A stretch of 62,904 nt of DNA, the filler included, from Octopus bimaculoides (taxonomy: Eukaryota), in NCBI RefSeq assembly GCF_001194135.2. It is 7 parts of 7 records of this genome, joined end to end, with 100 filler letters (N's around TTAATTAATTAA, not from the genome) between each part and the next. Parts side by side here need not be neighbours in the genome. Positions count along the whole stretch, not along the records: positions 45,493 to 56,699 come from NC_068993.1; positions 56,800 to 62,904 come from NC_068986.1; 5 more parts are not named here. The stretch is one strand, 5' to 3'. The notes beneath the pieces are model-generated. The model did not search any database and was not told the DNA's origin. It worked only from the letters and a program-made list of their open reading frames with translations. Shown piece after piece: positions 49,379 through 62,904 of this stretch; position 1 is the stretch's first letter, and each line of letters starts with the position of its first letter. Made by a program: the position numbers and the translations under genes.

Positions 49379-50407
49379 AAAGAAAGATAGAAAGAGTAAC
49401 TAGACGGAAAGTGTATTAATAATAGATGAATTGCCAGTGGCCAGAGAAACGAAAGAAGGGATGAGGGGAATGGCTAGTAAAGAAACGTAGTGAGTAGGTG
49501 CTGAAAAGTTCCAAGGGGTTAGGTAATAAACACACAGACGCACACGGACACACAGAGAAATACGCACATGCATACACACATAAACAGAAATAAATACATA
49601 CGCAACAGCTATTTGCATTTTAGACGGAGTGTAGATTACTGCGTATTGATGAAACTTAAATAGCCTGTTTTTATATCTTAGGTATTGTGTAAAAGCTAAA
49701 TCTAAGTCTACGAGAGAAATGGAGTCATCTCATTGAACATACTCTGAGAAAAAGAAACAACTTTGAAGAAGGCGCCACTATAGATTACTTGGTATTTGTT
49801 TTTACTTTTAATTCTTTGCTTTGATTCAACATCACGGTAACCGTCAGAGGTTGACTAAGGTAAGACGTTCCCCGTTATTATGTATAGACAGCTTTACTGA
49901 AAACACAATGTTAAGATATTTCAAAGATTTCGTTAAGTTTTTCTGTGAAGCAGAAGAAACGTGTATTCTCGTGACTGACAGAATATAGATTAGATTTGTT
50001 ATGACAACGCAAAAGGGTAGAAATACTTTCTAATAAATATATTGGACATCAGAAACACAGTACTAAAGGTGCATAGTGTGACTGATTTATCACAGATTTG
50101 GCTGCTATTTCCAGCAGGTCGAGCGACTATGTTTAGTTGACTGTTGAACAAACACGTCTGTCAATGTATAGCTTTCTCTTCCTTTGTCTTACACTTTCAG
50201 TTTCGTATCTTCAGAATAGAAGCAAAAGAAGATAGAGGTGAATCTATTGCTTCAAGAAGGTGGCTGTCGTTAGAAGCAGTGTGAGTTTTCACTTATACAA
50301 GAAAAGGTGAGGGATGGAAAATCTTCATTAACATATTTGCATTGACAAGGTAAAATGATTATAACAAGGATTATTACTGTTGTTATTGAATTGTTGCTAC
50401 TGTATTT

Positions 50408-50435
50408 ATCATCATCATCATCATCATCATCATCG

Positions 50436-50488
<53 letters not shown>

Positions 50489-50660
50489 GTCGTCATCATC
50501 ATCGTCATCATCATCACTACTATTGTTGTTGTTGTTGTCCTTCTTCTTCTTCTTCTTCTTCTTCTTCTTCTTCTTCTACTTATCATTATTATTATTATTA
50601 TTATTATTGTTGTTGTTGTTATTAGTATTATTGTTATTATTATTATTATTATTATTATCG
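50408..50660. repeat. Compound CAT/TGT/TCT/TAT trinucleotide repeat
   Basis: Directly visible. Confidence 0.95.
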
Positions 50661-51584
50661 CTTGAGCAAAGTAATAGGCGCAATGCGTTATGTGGATTTA
50701 ATTAATTCCTATGTTCTGAGGTGTGAGTTTTCGTAATTATCTTTTGTGCAGTAATTGCAAACTCTACATTACCAGATGATTTATTCTGTATAGTGACAGA
50801 TGCATAAATATTCCGACTGAGAAACAACATGTTGTTGTTGTTATAGCTGTTGCTGTGTAACCTCAGGTCTGCCCTCTTGAAGTTGACAGACCTAGTGTCA
50901 AAGGTCATTCTGGACATCACCATATCTTTTTGTTTTTCGTCTTCAGAAATTGCCTATTCTGGGCAACTTTATGCAGTGTTTCCTTTTTATATGTTTCGAG
51001 GGAGAGCTGAATGCTGTTTCTCATCAGGTCCTGTAATCACACACAGGTAACGTCTTTAAAAGATCATGGATAAATTTGGCTTCGGCAGAGCTTAGTGAGT
51101 CCGAAATTCATTCTGGGTGCCGTGAACACGAAATTATTTTAGAAAAAGTCTAAATATATTATATTTTGTTTGTAAAGAATGAGTTAAGTTGTAGTGTCTA
51201 CAATATATGAAACGTAATTGAATTTCATGAATTAACATCTTATATAAATGATTGTAGCTCGACTGAATTATGCTGCAACTGCAAAACTGTGCAAAATAGG
51301 TTGACAGAAAAAAACAAAAACAAAAAAAAGCTACAGAAGCCCGTCGGATGAGTTACTAGTAACTTAAAAAGCGTACAACTTTTGTCAGACACTACGTCAG
51401 CTGATTCTATTGAAGAACATATTAGGGCTACACACGTCTCATGAATGCACAGCTGTTAGCGCATTATTTCAAGAGCAGAAAATTTAGTTCATTGATCAAC
51501 TGGGTCTTCACCGTCGATCGACGAAGCACCTACAATATGAATAACCAAGAGTAAAATATAATATTAATTTATGCATTGTGTTTA

Positions 51585-51700
51585 AGGCGACGTGCTGGCA
51601 GAATCGTTAGTGCGTCAGAAGAAATGGTTAGCAGTATTTCTTCAGCCTGTTTACGTGCTGAGTTAAAACCCTGCCGAGATCAACCTTGCCTTTCCGCCTT
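51585..51700 (+). mobile_element. Degenerate family-A SINE
   Basis: aaggcgacgtgctggcagaatcgttag...gctgagttaaaaccctgccgagatcaaccttgcctttc. Confidence 0.7.
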
Positions 51701-53380
51701 TCATCATCAGCATCACCACCCCGGCCATTACTGTCTTCATTCCAAGGGATCATAGGGCCAACTACTCGGTTTAGTGGCGCATACGTGACCAAAATCAAAA
51801 TAGTTCTCCTGAACGTAATACCAGTTCATTAAACGTTGTTATGTCGTGGGGTGTTTGAATATCTCGTCGCCGTAAAGTTATGACGCTATTGAGGTGTGCA
51901 CAAGTGTGTAGGATAGTATTATCGAAATAAATATTTGGATATGGTTATCTAGGATAACCTTTCGTAGTATTAATATGTTCACACAACGTGCTCCGTAGTA
52001 CGCAAAACGTAGATACGATATTAAACTAACACAGTAATCCAATACGAACGACCAACGCTGTCAACTACTCGCCGTCAACTGTTCGTTCTTTATTTTATTG
52101 AAATGAGTAACTCCACTTTTGGTCAGTCGAGGTGGTCAGGGTCTTTCCACAACAAAGGTTTACTCATTCATAGCAGAGTGAACGGGAGCATCGTGAAATG
52201 TAGGAAGTCTGTTCTAGAATGCAACACGTCACCCGGTTCGCTTGTTATGGAGGAGTGCGCATTTGAATGGAAGTATAGCAGAGTGATGGTTGCAAGAGAA
52301 AGGAATTCAGTCTCCAGATAAGCGCAAGCTTGCTAAGAGCCTGCATTTATTCATGTTCTAATAACAAGCGAAATCACGCTATATATCAATACTATTCTCA
52401 ATGACGTCTTGTCCACACTCTCTTGGCTTGCATATATCGAATATGTGGACGGCTTAAAAGTCGTTGTCAGCTTGAGATCGTATTACAAATAGTAAAAGGT
52501 TTATTACGGACATATATTTATACATATATATATATACATANNNNNNNNNNNNNNNNNNNNNNNNNNNNNNNNNNNNNNNNNNNNNNNNNNNNNNNNNNNN
52601 NNNNNNNNNNNNNNNNNNNNNNNNNNNNNNNNNNNNNNNNNNNNNNNNNNNNNNNNNNNNNNNNNNNNNNNNNNNNNNNNNNNNNNNNNNNNNNNNNNNN
52701 NNNNNNNNNNNNNNNNNNNNNNNNNNNNNNNNNNNNNNNNNNNNNNNNNNNNNNNNNNNNNNNNNNNNNNNNNNNNNNNNNNNNNNNNNNNNNNNNNNNN
52801 NNNNNNNNNNNNNNNNNNNNNNNNNNNNNNNNNNNNNNNNNNNNNNNNNNNNNNNNNNNNNNNNNNNNNNNNNNNNNNNNNNNNNNNNNNNNNNNNNNNN
52901 NNNNNNNNNNNNNNNNNNNNNNNNNNNNNNNNNNNNNNNNNNNNNNNNNNNNNNNNNNNNNNNNNNNNNNNNNNNNNNNNNNNNNNNNNNNNNNNNNNNN
53001 NNNNNNNNNNNNNNNNNNNNNNNNNNNNNNNNNNNNNNNNNNNNNNNNNNNNNNNNNNNNNNNNNNNNNNNNNNNNNNNNNNNNNNNNNNNNNNNNNNNN
53101 NNNNNNNNNNNNNNNNNNNNNNNNNNNNNNNNNNNNNNNNNNNNNNNNNNNNNNNNNNNNNNNNNNNNNNNNNNNNNNNNNNNNNNNNNNNNNNNNNNNN
53201 NNNNNNNNNNNNNNNNNNNNNNNNNNNNNNNNNNNNNNNNNNNNNNNNNNNNNNNNNNNNNNNNNNNNNNNNNNNNNNNNNNNNNNNNNNNNNNNNNNNN
53301 NNNNNNNNNNNNNNNNNNNNNNNNNNNNNNNNNNNNNNNNNNNNNNNNNNNNNNNNNNNNNNNNNNNNNNNNNNNNNNNN

Positions 53381-53422
<42 letters not shown>

Positions 53423-53658
53423 TATAGACACATACATACATACACACACACATACATACATACATACATACATACATGCATACATATATATATATGTATA
53501 GATATATATAGATATATACAGATATGTATACATACATAAACATGTGGATGTATATGTATATCGTTCTCGCTGTGTGTATATATTTGTACATATACTTATG
53601 CATACGTCTGTGTTTGCGTGTGTGTGTGTGTGTATGTGTGTGTGTGTGTGTATGTGTA

Positions 53659-53693
<35 letters not shown>

Positions 53694-54149
53694 ACGAAGA
53701 AGACAGTAATCAATACTCACACAAGAGCAAAATCGTATTACGGTGTAACTAAACGTGATGAAAAAGTTAATAGATATTAATGTATCTGCTGTGCCTGTAA
53801 TAATGTTTTTGTTTTAACGTAATTGAAAGGTGAAAAGATTAATAAGATTCAATAGAGAGATAGGAAAATTAATGACATCATCGAGAATATCAGTAGAGGT
53901 TGATAAATTCTATCTACCCTCAAGAGACAAAAGAATAACAGGGTTACTCAATTGTAATTGCAATAAAATCGCCATTGTTGGTTTACTTAAATAAATAGCA
54001 GAAGAATAATGTAAAATAAAGCCAAAAAACATTAGTACGTTTACAACTCAATAGTTATGGAATACGTGAAACATTTACAAGTATGTTCAGCGAGGCTGGA
54101 GGAGAGAGAAGGTGAAGAGGAAATAAAGGGGACGTAATCCATGTTCTGA

Positions 54150-54365
54150 AATAAGTCTTACTGCTATAGGCACGCGGACTGGAATTTATGGTAATGGGAT
54201 GGGACTAGTCAATTACATCGACCCCAGGGCTCAACTCGTATTTATTATATCGATCCCGAAAGGATGAAAGTCAAAGTCGACCTTGGAGTAATTTAAACTC
54301 AGAACCTAAGCAGGAAGAAACGTCGTTAATATTTTTGTCGGACGTGCTAACGATTCTGCCTATTT
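54150..54365 (-). mobile_element. Degenerate family-A SINE
   Basis: attacatcgaccccag...tatcgatcccgaaaggatgaaagtcaaagtcgacc...cgtgctaacgattctgcc. Confidence 0.75.
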
Positions 54366-57300
54366 GATACCATAAAGATAAAATGTGAAACGGTTCGCAA
54401 ATTTGCGTATCTTCCTTACGCAGAGGCCTTGCTAATCTTGTTCCAGTTTTAGTAGAAGTACAACCGAAGGTAATATTACATACTCGTAGCATGTCTTGAA
54501 ACTATGGTTTCTGATTTAGGGCCAAGGCAAGCAGTTTTGTGGGGTTGAGGTTTAGTAAATACCGTCAAACCCACTATTAGGTTGGTACTTTATTTTATTA
54601 ACCATGGAGGGATGAAAAGCAATTTCGTCTGTGGAATTTGAAATCAGAACGTAAAGACCTGTAGGTTGCTGATGCTCCTCGCTGACCAGCGGGACCATTA
54701 TGATTCTAATTCGGCTGCTCTCGTCCCCAACCACCGCTTCCCGACCTGTGCTAGTGTGTTACCGTCCCCGTAACCAATTACTGCAAAACCTATTTTCCCC
54801 ACACTCTAACAACTCTGCCACCTTGTCGTGTTTTGTTAATTCTGGTTTATATATTCTAGAATAAAAGTAGTGAAATACATCTTTTGCTGTTACAATATAA
54901 ATGTACGCATGAATCTTGTTGGTGTCTCACAACAACGAAATTTTTCCAAAAGCTCATGCTACTGGATTGATGAAAGAAGAACACTTTGGACAATGCAGTT
55001 ACGGGATATTTTAAAGTTGGTATTTTTGTTGTTTAGTTCAAATTTGGCCTAAATTGGATGCCAATAATCAAAGCTATTCAGGTACGGAATACATTCTGCA
55101 TTTGTAGGATGAATATAGATTGACGACAATTATCAAATATATTCTCTTATAAGACAGCAATTTGAGGGATTTTTCGGTGTTCTTTGCGTTTTAAGTTCAA
55201 ATGTATCTGGGGCCAAATTTTTCTTGCATCCTTCAGAGTCGATAAAATAAAGGATCAACTTACTACTGGAGAGTCAATGGTATCAACATCTCACCCTCAA
55301 AACCTCTGGCTTTCTGCCTAAATCACAAACTATCAAAAAGTGGCGAGCTGGCAGAATCTTTACTGCGTCAGAAATAAAACTATGCGGCATTCTACTTGGC
55401 TTTTTACGTCTTGAAAAATACTAAATAGATAGGTCTGTTTATTTAATGTTGGACGGCAAAAATGGTTATGTGGTCCGACAAATGCTAGAAATAGCATCCA
55501 AGTCTCTCAGACTATACATTATTCTCTTAAGAAAGAATATATAGCAAGCTTTTACTCTAAGTCTTCGACTTCAAATCCCTTTCCTCTCAACCGTCTATCT
55601 GTTTCAGAGGTCCTCTAAATGATAATGAACTCACCTTTGCTTACAGACAAAAAGATAAAAAAAGTAATGTACGTGTAGAGTCAAATAAATTGACTCCAGC
55701 TGAAGCCTGGTATTACATAGTTATCTATCAGTAAATGATTTCTGTGTGAAGTCAAATAAACTCTAGACTATGCCTGATATCATTTATTTATCTACCATCA
55801 GTTAATATAAAAAACGGAGACAAATAAATTGACTCAGATATGATTTATTTATCAGTACATGATGCTGCTCAAAAGTGACTCCAGTGAGCTTTCATTTAAA
55901 AACGTACGAATACGTAACTACATAATGTAATTTAAAGTAGTTGTGCTTCGCATATTGTCCATTATCCCTTGCACGCTCTCAGTAGTTGATATAAGGTTGT
56001 ACAATACGCCATTGTAAGCAGTTCAGTTTACAGAGCATAGAATGCGCAGCCATATAAAATGACAACCTATGTTCTACCACCAGCGAAGTTGAAACCGCTG
56101 TGATTTAAACTTAGAACATAAAAGGATAAGGACAAAATTAAATATTTATTTAGAATGGTAAAATTCTAGTGTTTCGCTTATTGACCACTTTTTCTCGCTG
56201 CATCTGTTTAAAAATAATTATCACTAAGTAGCACAAGGTTATGCAGATTTTGTTAAAGCATCTCATTTATATTAATTACAAATAAATCGTTAGTATAAAG
56301 TGTTCAGACGAAATCGCCCTATACGAGATTAGCAGAGCGTGCCTAGATATTCCACATAGAATCTGATGGATTTTGCGCATGTGATATATTGATATGATCG
56401 AGCCAGCCAAGAATCGGCCTTTCAGGATCCTTAAGCAGACATTTAATATCCATGATATCCTCTATCTTAAACTGTGTTTCAAAGTTTGAGAATAGATGTG
56501 AAGCAATATTAAATGTTCAGGAATATAAATAGCGTATATTAAAATACATATTTAACATAACTATATAGAATTGTGGATCTGTGTGTTTGTGCGTGCGTGA
56601 ATGCACACAGACACAGACACAGACACAGACAGACAGAAAGACACACACACACATATACATGTAGATATTAACATTCATATATATATATATATATATATAN
56701 NNNNNNNNNNNNNNNNNNNNNNNNNNNNNNNNNNNNNNNNNNNTTAATTAATTAANNNNNNNNNNNNNNNNNNNNNNNNNNNNNNNNNNNNNNNNNNNNA
56801 GCCAGCTGGAGGAGATGTCCTCCTGGGGCTAAAAGCAACAGTAACATCCACCCCTAGGGGTCAGCCACACTTAAGTGGCAATATACTACACTTTATCGTG
56901 CAGTTACTGTTAATACTTCATTTAGAGAATTAACATTGCTTATATATATATAACTTGTTATAAATCTAAACAAGTAGATGAATAGAAGAAATGAAGTTGA
57001 AAATGCATACATGCACACAGAATAAATTAGAATTCCTTAGAATTTAATCGTATTTTAAAATATAAGAATACACTTGACCGGTTTCACAATAGATTTCAAA
57101 AAATGTATAGAGTAAGGTGTTGTTTCACGAATTATGTCTATTCTTTTTGTTGCTATAAAAAATGTGGCCCAGAACTCTATCCGTTAATGTAAGAATTTAT
57201 CAATCAACGTTCACGTATTATGATCACGTGACAGTCGCGCGAGAAGGTCACGAAAATGTTATTTTTAAAAATTCTTCATTATTTTAAAAATTAATTGAAG

Positions 57301-58207
57301 CAAAGGTGTGTTTCAACAGAAACATGCTAACAAAAGGTTAAGAAGAAAACTTTAGATAGGTTTTATCTTTAATGAAACCATAAGTAAGGATGAAGTTTGA
57401 ATGGTGGTCCTTACAAACACTTGTGGCCAGTTATGTTGAGGTTATGGGGAACTGAATCCTGAAGATGATTACACACTATTTCCAGGAATCCAGGCATAAC
57501 AGCATAATAAATTGGGCGTGTGTGCCTGATGAGATATTTCTCTTCTGGGTCGATAGCAATATTAAATAACAATGGTATTGAGGTATAATTTACTTGGTTA
57601 TGATAGTAATATTTAATATAAACTCACCGGAGCAAAACTCAAGACCCTTTTCGATTCAATGTTGAATTCCCTTTGTTGAATTCCCACTAAAGAGTAAGAT
57701 GAGGCGTAGAGTAAATAAGATAGATGATAGCTGACACATGAATTCTGGCTTTCTTTAGAACGAGCCCAAGTATACATTCTACAATAATCAATTAATAAGA
57801 AGAGGCAAATCGTGTATTACTCATGTTTTTATAGTCTGTTCAGCAGTGGCTGGTATTTTTTAATAAACGAAATTTCCTTATTAATTCTTGATAGAGTAGG
57901 AAGACGAAATTTTAGGAGATTTGGTTTTCGCGCATGTGTCATATGTGTGAATTATTATTATTGTGTGAATGTGTGTGAGTGTGAGTGAATGAGTGAGTGA
58001 ATGAGTGAGTGAGTGAGTGAGTGAGTGAGTGTATGTGTGTGCATGTGTGCATGTGTATGCGTACGTGTGTGTTTGTGTGTGCGTGCCCCTGCGTATGTAT
58101 GTGTTTGCGTGCGTGCTTGGATTTGTATGTATTCAACTTTAACAAATATTATTATTATTATTATTATTATTATTATCATTATTATTATTTGAAGAATAGC
58201 CCAGCAA

Positions 58208-58715
58208 CCAGCAATATATTGTAAAGAAAGCGACCATCGGTCACTGATTTGCAACATGCAAAATAGCTAGATGTGAAATCTCAAGAGATCAGAAAAGTAA
58301 CTATTCTAACAAGTAAAGTTAATCAGCACATCAAAGTGACTGTTCCATGTTACTACTAGTTTAGCCTTGGTAACCGATGGTCGCTATGTTTACAATATAT
58401 TGCTGGCTGGAGTGGACCCTGGCTATCGCGCTGGCGACTAGGTACACGCAACTGAGGATGAGCCAACCAGCTGGAAGGTGAGTCAGTCTCGCGATCCTGT
58501 TGTCTGTTAGAGGATGGTAGGGGTTCGCCCCACCCCCACCCCCGCTAGCAATATATTGGGTGCAGTGCTGCACCAATAACCAGCTGGTGGAAGATCTACC
58601 TGGGGTTAAACGAATAGTAACATGGAACATCCACTTTGATGTGGCGATTAACTTTACTTGTTAAGTATAGTTACTACTCTGATCTTTTCTTGAGATTTTA
58701 AAACTAGCTATTTTG
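58208..58715. repeat. MITE-like element with interleaved inverted repeats
   Basis: 58259-58363 pairs with 58606-58715, and 58208-58244 pairs with 58370-58406. Confidence 0.8.
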
Positions 58716-59685
58716 TGTGTATATACATAGGAGGTTATGAGCAGTATTGGTGTCAATGAGACCCAGAGGTGTCAGGTAATGTTAAGTAAGTGCTATGGAT
58801 AGACCATGGCTAAGCTCCATGTTCGGTGATTATGCGAATAAGGGGTCCAACGTAGATCATATATCAGCGTGTGTATATAAAGATTTACTTTTCGTAATGA
58901 GATTTAAAAAAACCCAAGGCAGTGTAGATTTTAGAACATTTATAAATAGAAGGTCTTACAGCTGTTTCCAGGATATTTATTATATCCCTTCATCAGAGAC
59001 GGTGTGAGTAAAAATATATAATCCTTATGAACTCACATGAGCCAGGAGGCTACCTGAACTCCAGGACGGAAGCAGCGGGGAGTGGTCCACATTTTCGGAA
59101 ATTTTTACTTCAAAATTGGAAAACCTAGCTATCAAGCGAGGGAAGACAATACGCACGGCCATAATTCTTTAAGAGGAATATTTCTTGGACTGTCACCGGC
59201 GTTCTTGTGTTTAAAAAAAAACATTCTTTGCAGAGAACAGTTATCGTTTAGAGAAACTGAAGAGATGTCCACTATACGCTTGATATGAAACCAATTGTTT
59301 TTTTTCTAAGCTGTTACTTTACACATATAAAATATATATANNNNNNNNNNNNNNNNNNNNNNNNNNNNNNNNNNNNNNNNNNNNNNNNNNNNNNNNNNNN
59401 NNNNNNNNNNNNNNNNNNNNNNNNNNNNNNNNNNNNNNNNNNNNNNNNNNNNNNNNNNNNNNNNNNNNNNNNNNNNNNNNNNNNNNNNNNNNNNNNNNNN
59501 NNNNNNNNNNNNNNNNNNNNNNNNNNNNNNNNNNNNNNNNNNNNNNNNNNNNNNNNNNNNNNNNNNNNNNNNNNNNNNNNNNNNNNNNNNNNNNNNNNNN
59601 NNNNNNNNNNNNNNNNNNNNNNNNNNNNNNNNNNNNNNNNNNNNNNNNNNNNNNNNNNNNNNNNNNNNNNNNNNNNNNNNNNNNG

Positions 59686-59760
59686 GGTCTCTTTGTTCGA
59701 CTAATCCTTTCAAGGCAGTGCCCCAGCATGGCCGCAGTACAATGATTGAACAAGTAAAAG

Positions 59761-59762
<2 letters not shown>
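59686..59762 (+). mobile_element. Family-B SINE tail
   Basis: ttgttcgact...aaggcagtgccccagcatggccgcagtacaatgattgaacaagtaaaag. Confidence 0.8.
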
Positions 59763-59811
<49 letters not shown>

Positions 59812-60614
59812 GTATATATGTATGTATAGTATGTATGTATGTATGCGTGTATGTATGTATGTATGTGTGTATGTATGTATGTATGTATGTACGTATGTAC
59901 GTACATGTACATATGTATACATAAGTATTCTTTTGTATAAAACGATCTTCCTGTCCAATCATAAAGCCACTATTATTGTCCACTGCGGTTTCATAGTTGA
60001 AGTAATAGATAGGCATAAAATATTGAGAGATAAAAAAACATACTATAAAACACTAGACAACAGAGAATGACGATTGATGTTGAGATGCGTGAGTGAGTAA
60101 GATGTTACTGGTTGAGGAAGAACTTAGGATGTTGTTCATAATTTTTCTCTTAAATTTCTCGCGCCCACCCCATCACTTTGTAATGATAGTTGTTTACTTT
60201 TTCTGTCAATTGTATTATATCCACGGCCTCATCAAAATATCGACTAAACTTTGCCTCTTCTGTTTAAAGATCTTATCTTACTCAGCAGATGCCCTCTGAT
60301 TTAACGTAGTCTTGACAGCATATTTAAACAATACTTGATAATTGGTCTCTCACGAAACTACATAGAAAAACATAGTCAAACAATGTCATATGTTCTATAA
60401 AATCTATGAGCTGTGACACACGCACATACTCACATACGCAGACACACACATATATACACATACACATAGAGAGTTAGATAGAGAGAGTGAGCGAGAGAGT
60501 AGATGAGTGAGTGAGTGAGTTAGTGAGTGAGTAAGTGAGTGAGTGAGTGAGTGAGTGAGTGAGTGAGTGAGAGACAAATTTGCACAAATTTGAGACAGTA
60601 AAGTAGATCTACTC

Positions 60615-60652
<38 letters not shown>

Positions 60653-61076
60653 ATACATACATATAAATATTATATAGAGGGAGAGAGGGAGATACAAATA
60701 TATAAACTGATGGCTGTGTATTTGCAAGTATGCACATCTATTCATGAACGCGTTTGCCATAAATAAATGCCAAAGGCAATTTTGTAACCTCGAGCATTAT
60801 CAACTCATCTAATCGGATTTTTCAGACAGTTACAAAACCTGTACTTCTGTGAATGTGATGACCGCAGCCATATTCAAAATGGCTACACGGAAGTTATCAT
60901 CTTTTCTATCTCTCCACGTGGTCGCTCCAACTTTCCACACATCACTTTCTCATTTCCGTTACGCTCTTTTATCTCTTAAGCACTTGTTTTATTTTCAATT
61001 TATATTCATCTGTGTTCATGCTCACTACTTTTCCTTTAATACAGCTAAACACTGCTTTCTATATGTTTTGCTGTTT

Positions 61077-61110
<34 letters not shown>

Positions 61111-61664
61111 AGGCTTACACTCACATACATATATATGTATTACTTGACATATTTGCATATGATTTAAAAGGCTAGGATTGTCGTTATTGTTGTTTTTCTT
61201 CTTAGAGCTGATAGATTGCCGGCAAAAGGTCTTGCAATATTTCGTAACATCTCTCTATGTTTGGAGTTCAATTTCTTACAGAGAGGAGTTTTACGTTGTC
61301 CTTCTTCCTTCTGAGATCAATAAAAACTAATACCAGTTAATTACTGGGGTTGCTCTATTCGATTAGTCCTCCCTTCTCACACATAATGCGAGAAATCTGC
61401 TATAAAGTCAATATTATTTTCATTACCACCGTCTCTATAGCCACCGCCGCCGCCGCCATTGCCATCAACTTCATTATCATCATCATTATTAACATTATCA
61501 TTGTTATTGTTGTTATCATCATTAGCAGATTCAGTCAAACTCCCTTTCGAATCATAGCAGGGTCTACTTAATTGTTCATCTCTCTGAGGTTGATAAAATA
61601 AATACTAGTCAAATAGATGTGATCGAACTTACCGTCTCGAAACACACATACCATTCCATACCCC

Positions 61665-61790
61665 GGGCGGAGGATTGGCAGAATCGTTAGACCGTCAGAC
61701 AAAACGCCTTGCAGTATTTGTTCCGGATCTGAGCTGAAATCACCTTTGCATTTTATCCTTTCGCGGCCGATAAAATAAAATACTAATTAA
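61665..61790 (+). mobile_element. Degenerate family-A SINE
   Basis: ttggcagaatcgttagacc...cacctttgcattttatcctttcgcggccgataaaataaa. Confidence 0.65.
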
Positions 61791-61804
61791 GTCTCTACAA
61801 TGGA

Positions 61805-62535
61805 AGCGGATCCCACGGAAATCAACGTAGGGCGCTGGACAAAAGGTCCTACTAAGCAGGTTGGGGTCTGCTTTGGTCCGGATCTCCATGTGGATAGTAA
61901 CTGAAATGAGGTTACTAACAATGCGGCCAGTCTCACCCAGAATTAGGCTGAGAGGAAACTATGCTTGAAAGGTCATGCAGAGATGGGGAGCACATATATT
62001 CCACCTGACCATCGTGTTTTATGTTGTTCTCTAGCCATATTGGAACGTGTACTCTTTTATTTCATGTGGAAGGGAAGTGTTCCACTGGTCAAATGGTCCA
62101 TCTGCTGTCAACATCCTCTGCATAGCGGACTCAGTATGCAGTAGCAGAGACATGCGCTGAGGTTACAGTACCTACAAAGATTCTTTGGCAGAAAGTAGAT
62201 GTGGTCACTTTTCGTCAGGCACATCTTCCCACAGCTACTTTCCTTGAAGGAGCTGCAGAACTGTATCAAACGAAGACAAAGACTGGGCACTTGGCATCTG
62301 GAGTGATGTCAGGCGTTCACAACCTTCCACTAGTCGAGCAACGTGGACCGTGGAACTTTCCAAGCAGGTATTTTATCTCGGACCAATGGTAGAGAAAAGC
62401 AAGAATCAAGTGGCTAGTCTGCACTAGAAAACGTGTACCAGGCGCCACAGATAACTTCTATAAATGCATAGCCCGGCTCTGCTATCGGGGTAGAGGTACT
62501 GCCGCTTTTTACACGCACTCGTTCAGTGTCCGCCA
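61805..62535 (+). mobile_element. Tx1/L1-clade LINE ORF2 fragment (post-RT region)
   Basis: Frame RKLCLKGHAE...LERVLFYFMWKGSVPLVKWSICCQHPLHSGLSM..RHALRLQYLQRF, with stops, matches the L1/Tx1 L..KGR...F.W....V....GGL motif. Confidence 0.7.
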
Positions 62536-62624
62536 AAAATTGTCTAAATATCCTTGAATATCTTTATCAAAGTTAACATTAAGGATCACAGATTATCTGA
62601 ATATTTTGGGTATTCACATTATTA

Positions 62625-62686
<62 letters not shown>

Positions 62687-62904
62687 GGTAGGTAGGTAGC
62701 TAGCTAGCTAGCTAACTATCAGTAATGCGAATGGGATCTATGAATATGTTAAAGTCTCTGATGCTATGGGTAAAAACATCCACAGCATCGAGCTGAAAAG
62801 TAGCGAAGCTTCTTCCCTTAATTTTCGCTCTATTTCCATTACGTATACACATACATACGTGCGCACAAACACACACACACGCACACACACACACACACAC
62901 ACAC

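Noticed and set aside
50185-50225. Minus-strand CUGAAGA-UAC-GAAA hammerhead-like string
   Set aside because: No helix II can form and helix III is not palindromic or paired.
55630-55670. Apparent 5-nt microexon (caaag) with a perfect donor on the minus strand
   Set aside because: The ctcacctttgc context matches decayed SINE-A sequence (compare 61738-61748), so the signal is probably incidental.
57630-57688. 59-nt minus-strand exon candidate (GIQQREFNIESKRVLSFAP)
   Set aside because: It contains a local 12-bp duplication, only one frame is open, and no link to other exons can be shown.

Overview
Eukaryotic, repeat-saturated draft sequence. It is very likely a cephalopod (Octopus-type) genome, inferred from the extreme microsatellite density and the tRNA-headed SINE families; this was not confirmed by a search. 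No host gene is confidently identifiable, and almost all long ORFs in the track are artefacts of microsatellites or N-gaps. Decayed mobile elements dominate: an R4/Dong-clade non-LTR retrotransposon (RT plus CCHC), two Tx1/L1-clade fragments, several mariner relics and MITEs, a pogo/Tigger end, and about 30 SINE copies from three tRNA-derived families (labelled A, B and C here). The most notable structures are four long inverted repeats (a 569-bp nested foldback, a fold-back duplication of mariner transposase, a 100-bp near-perfect hairpin and an interleaved IR element), Penelope-type minimal hammerhead motifs, an old ~2-kb-period tandem array at 9-18 kb, a CpG-depleted ~11-kb domain that looks like a methylation footprint, and weak candidate exons on the minus strand at 39-43 kb. 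Percent identities and CpG counts are manual estimates.
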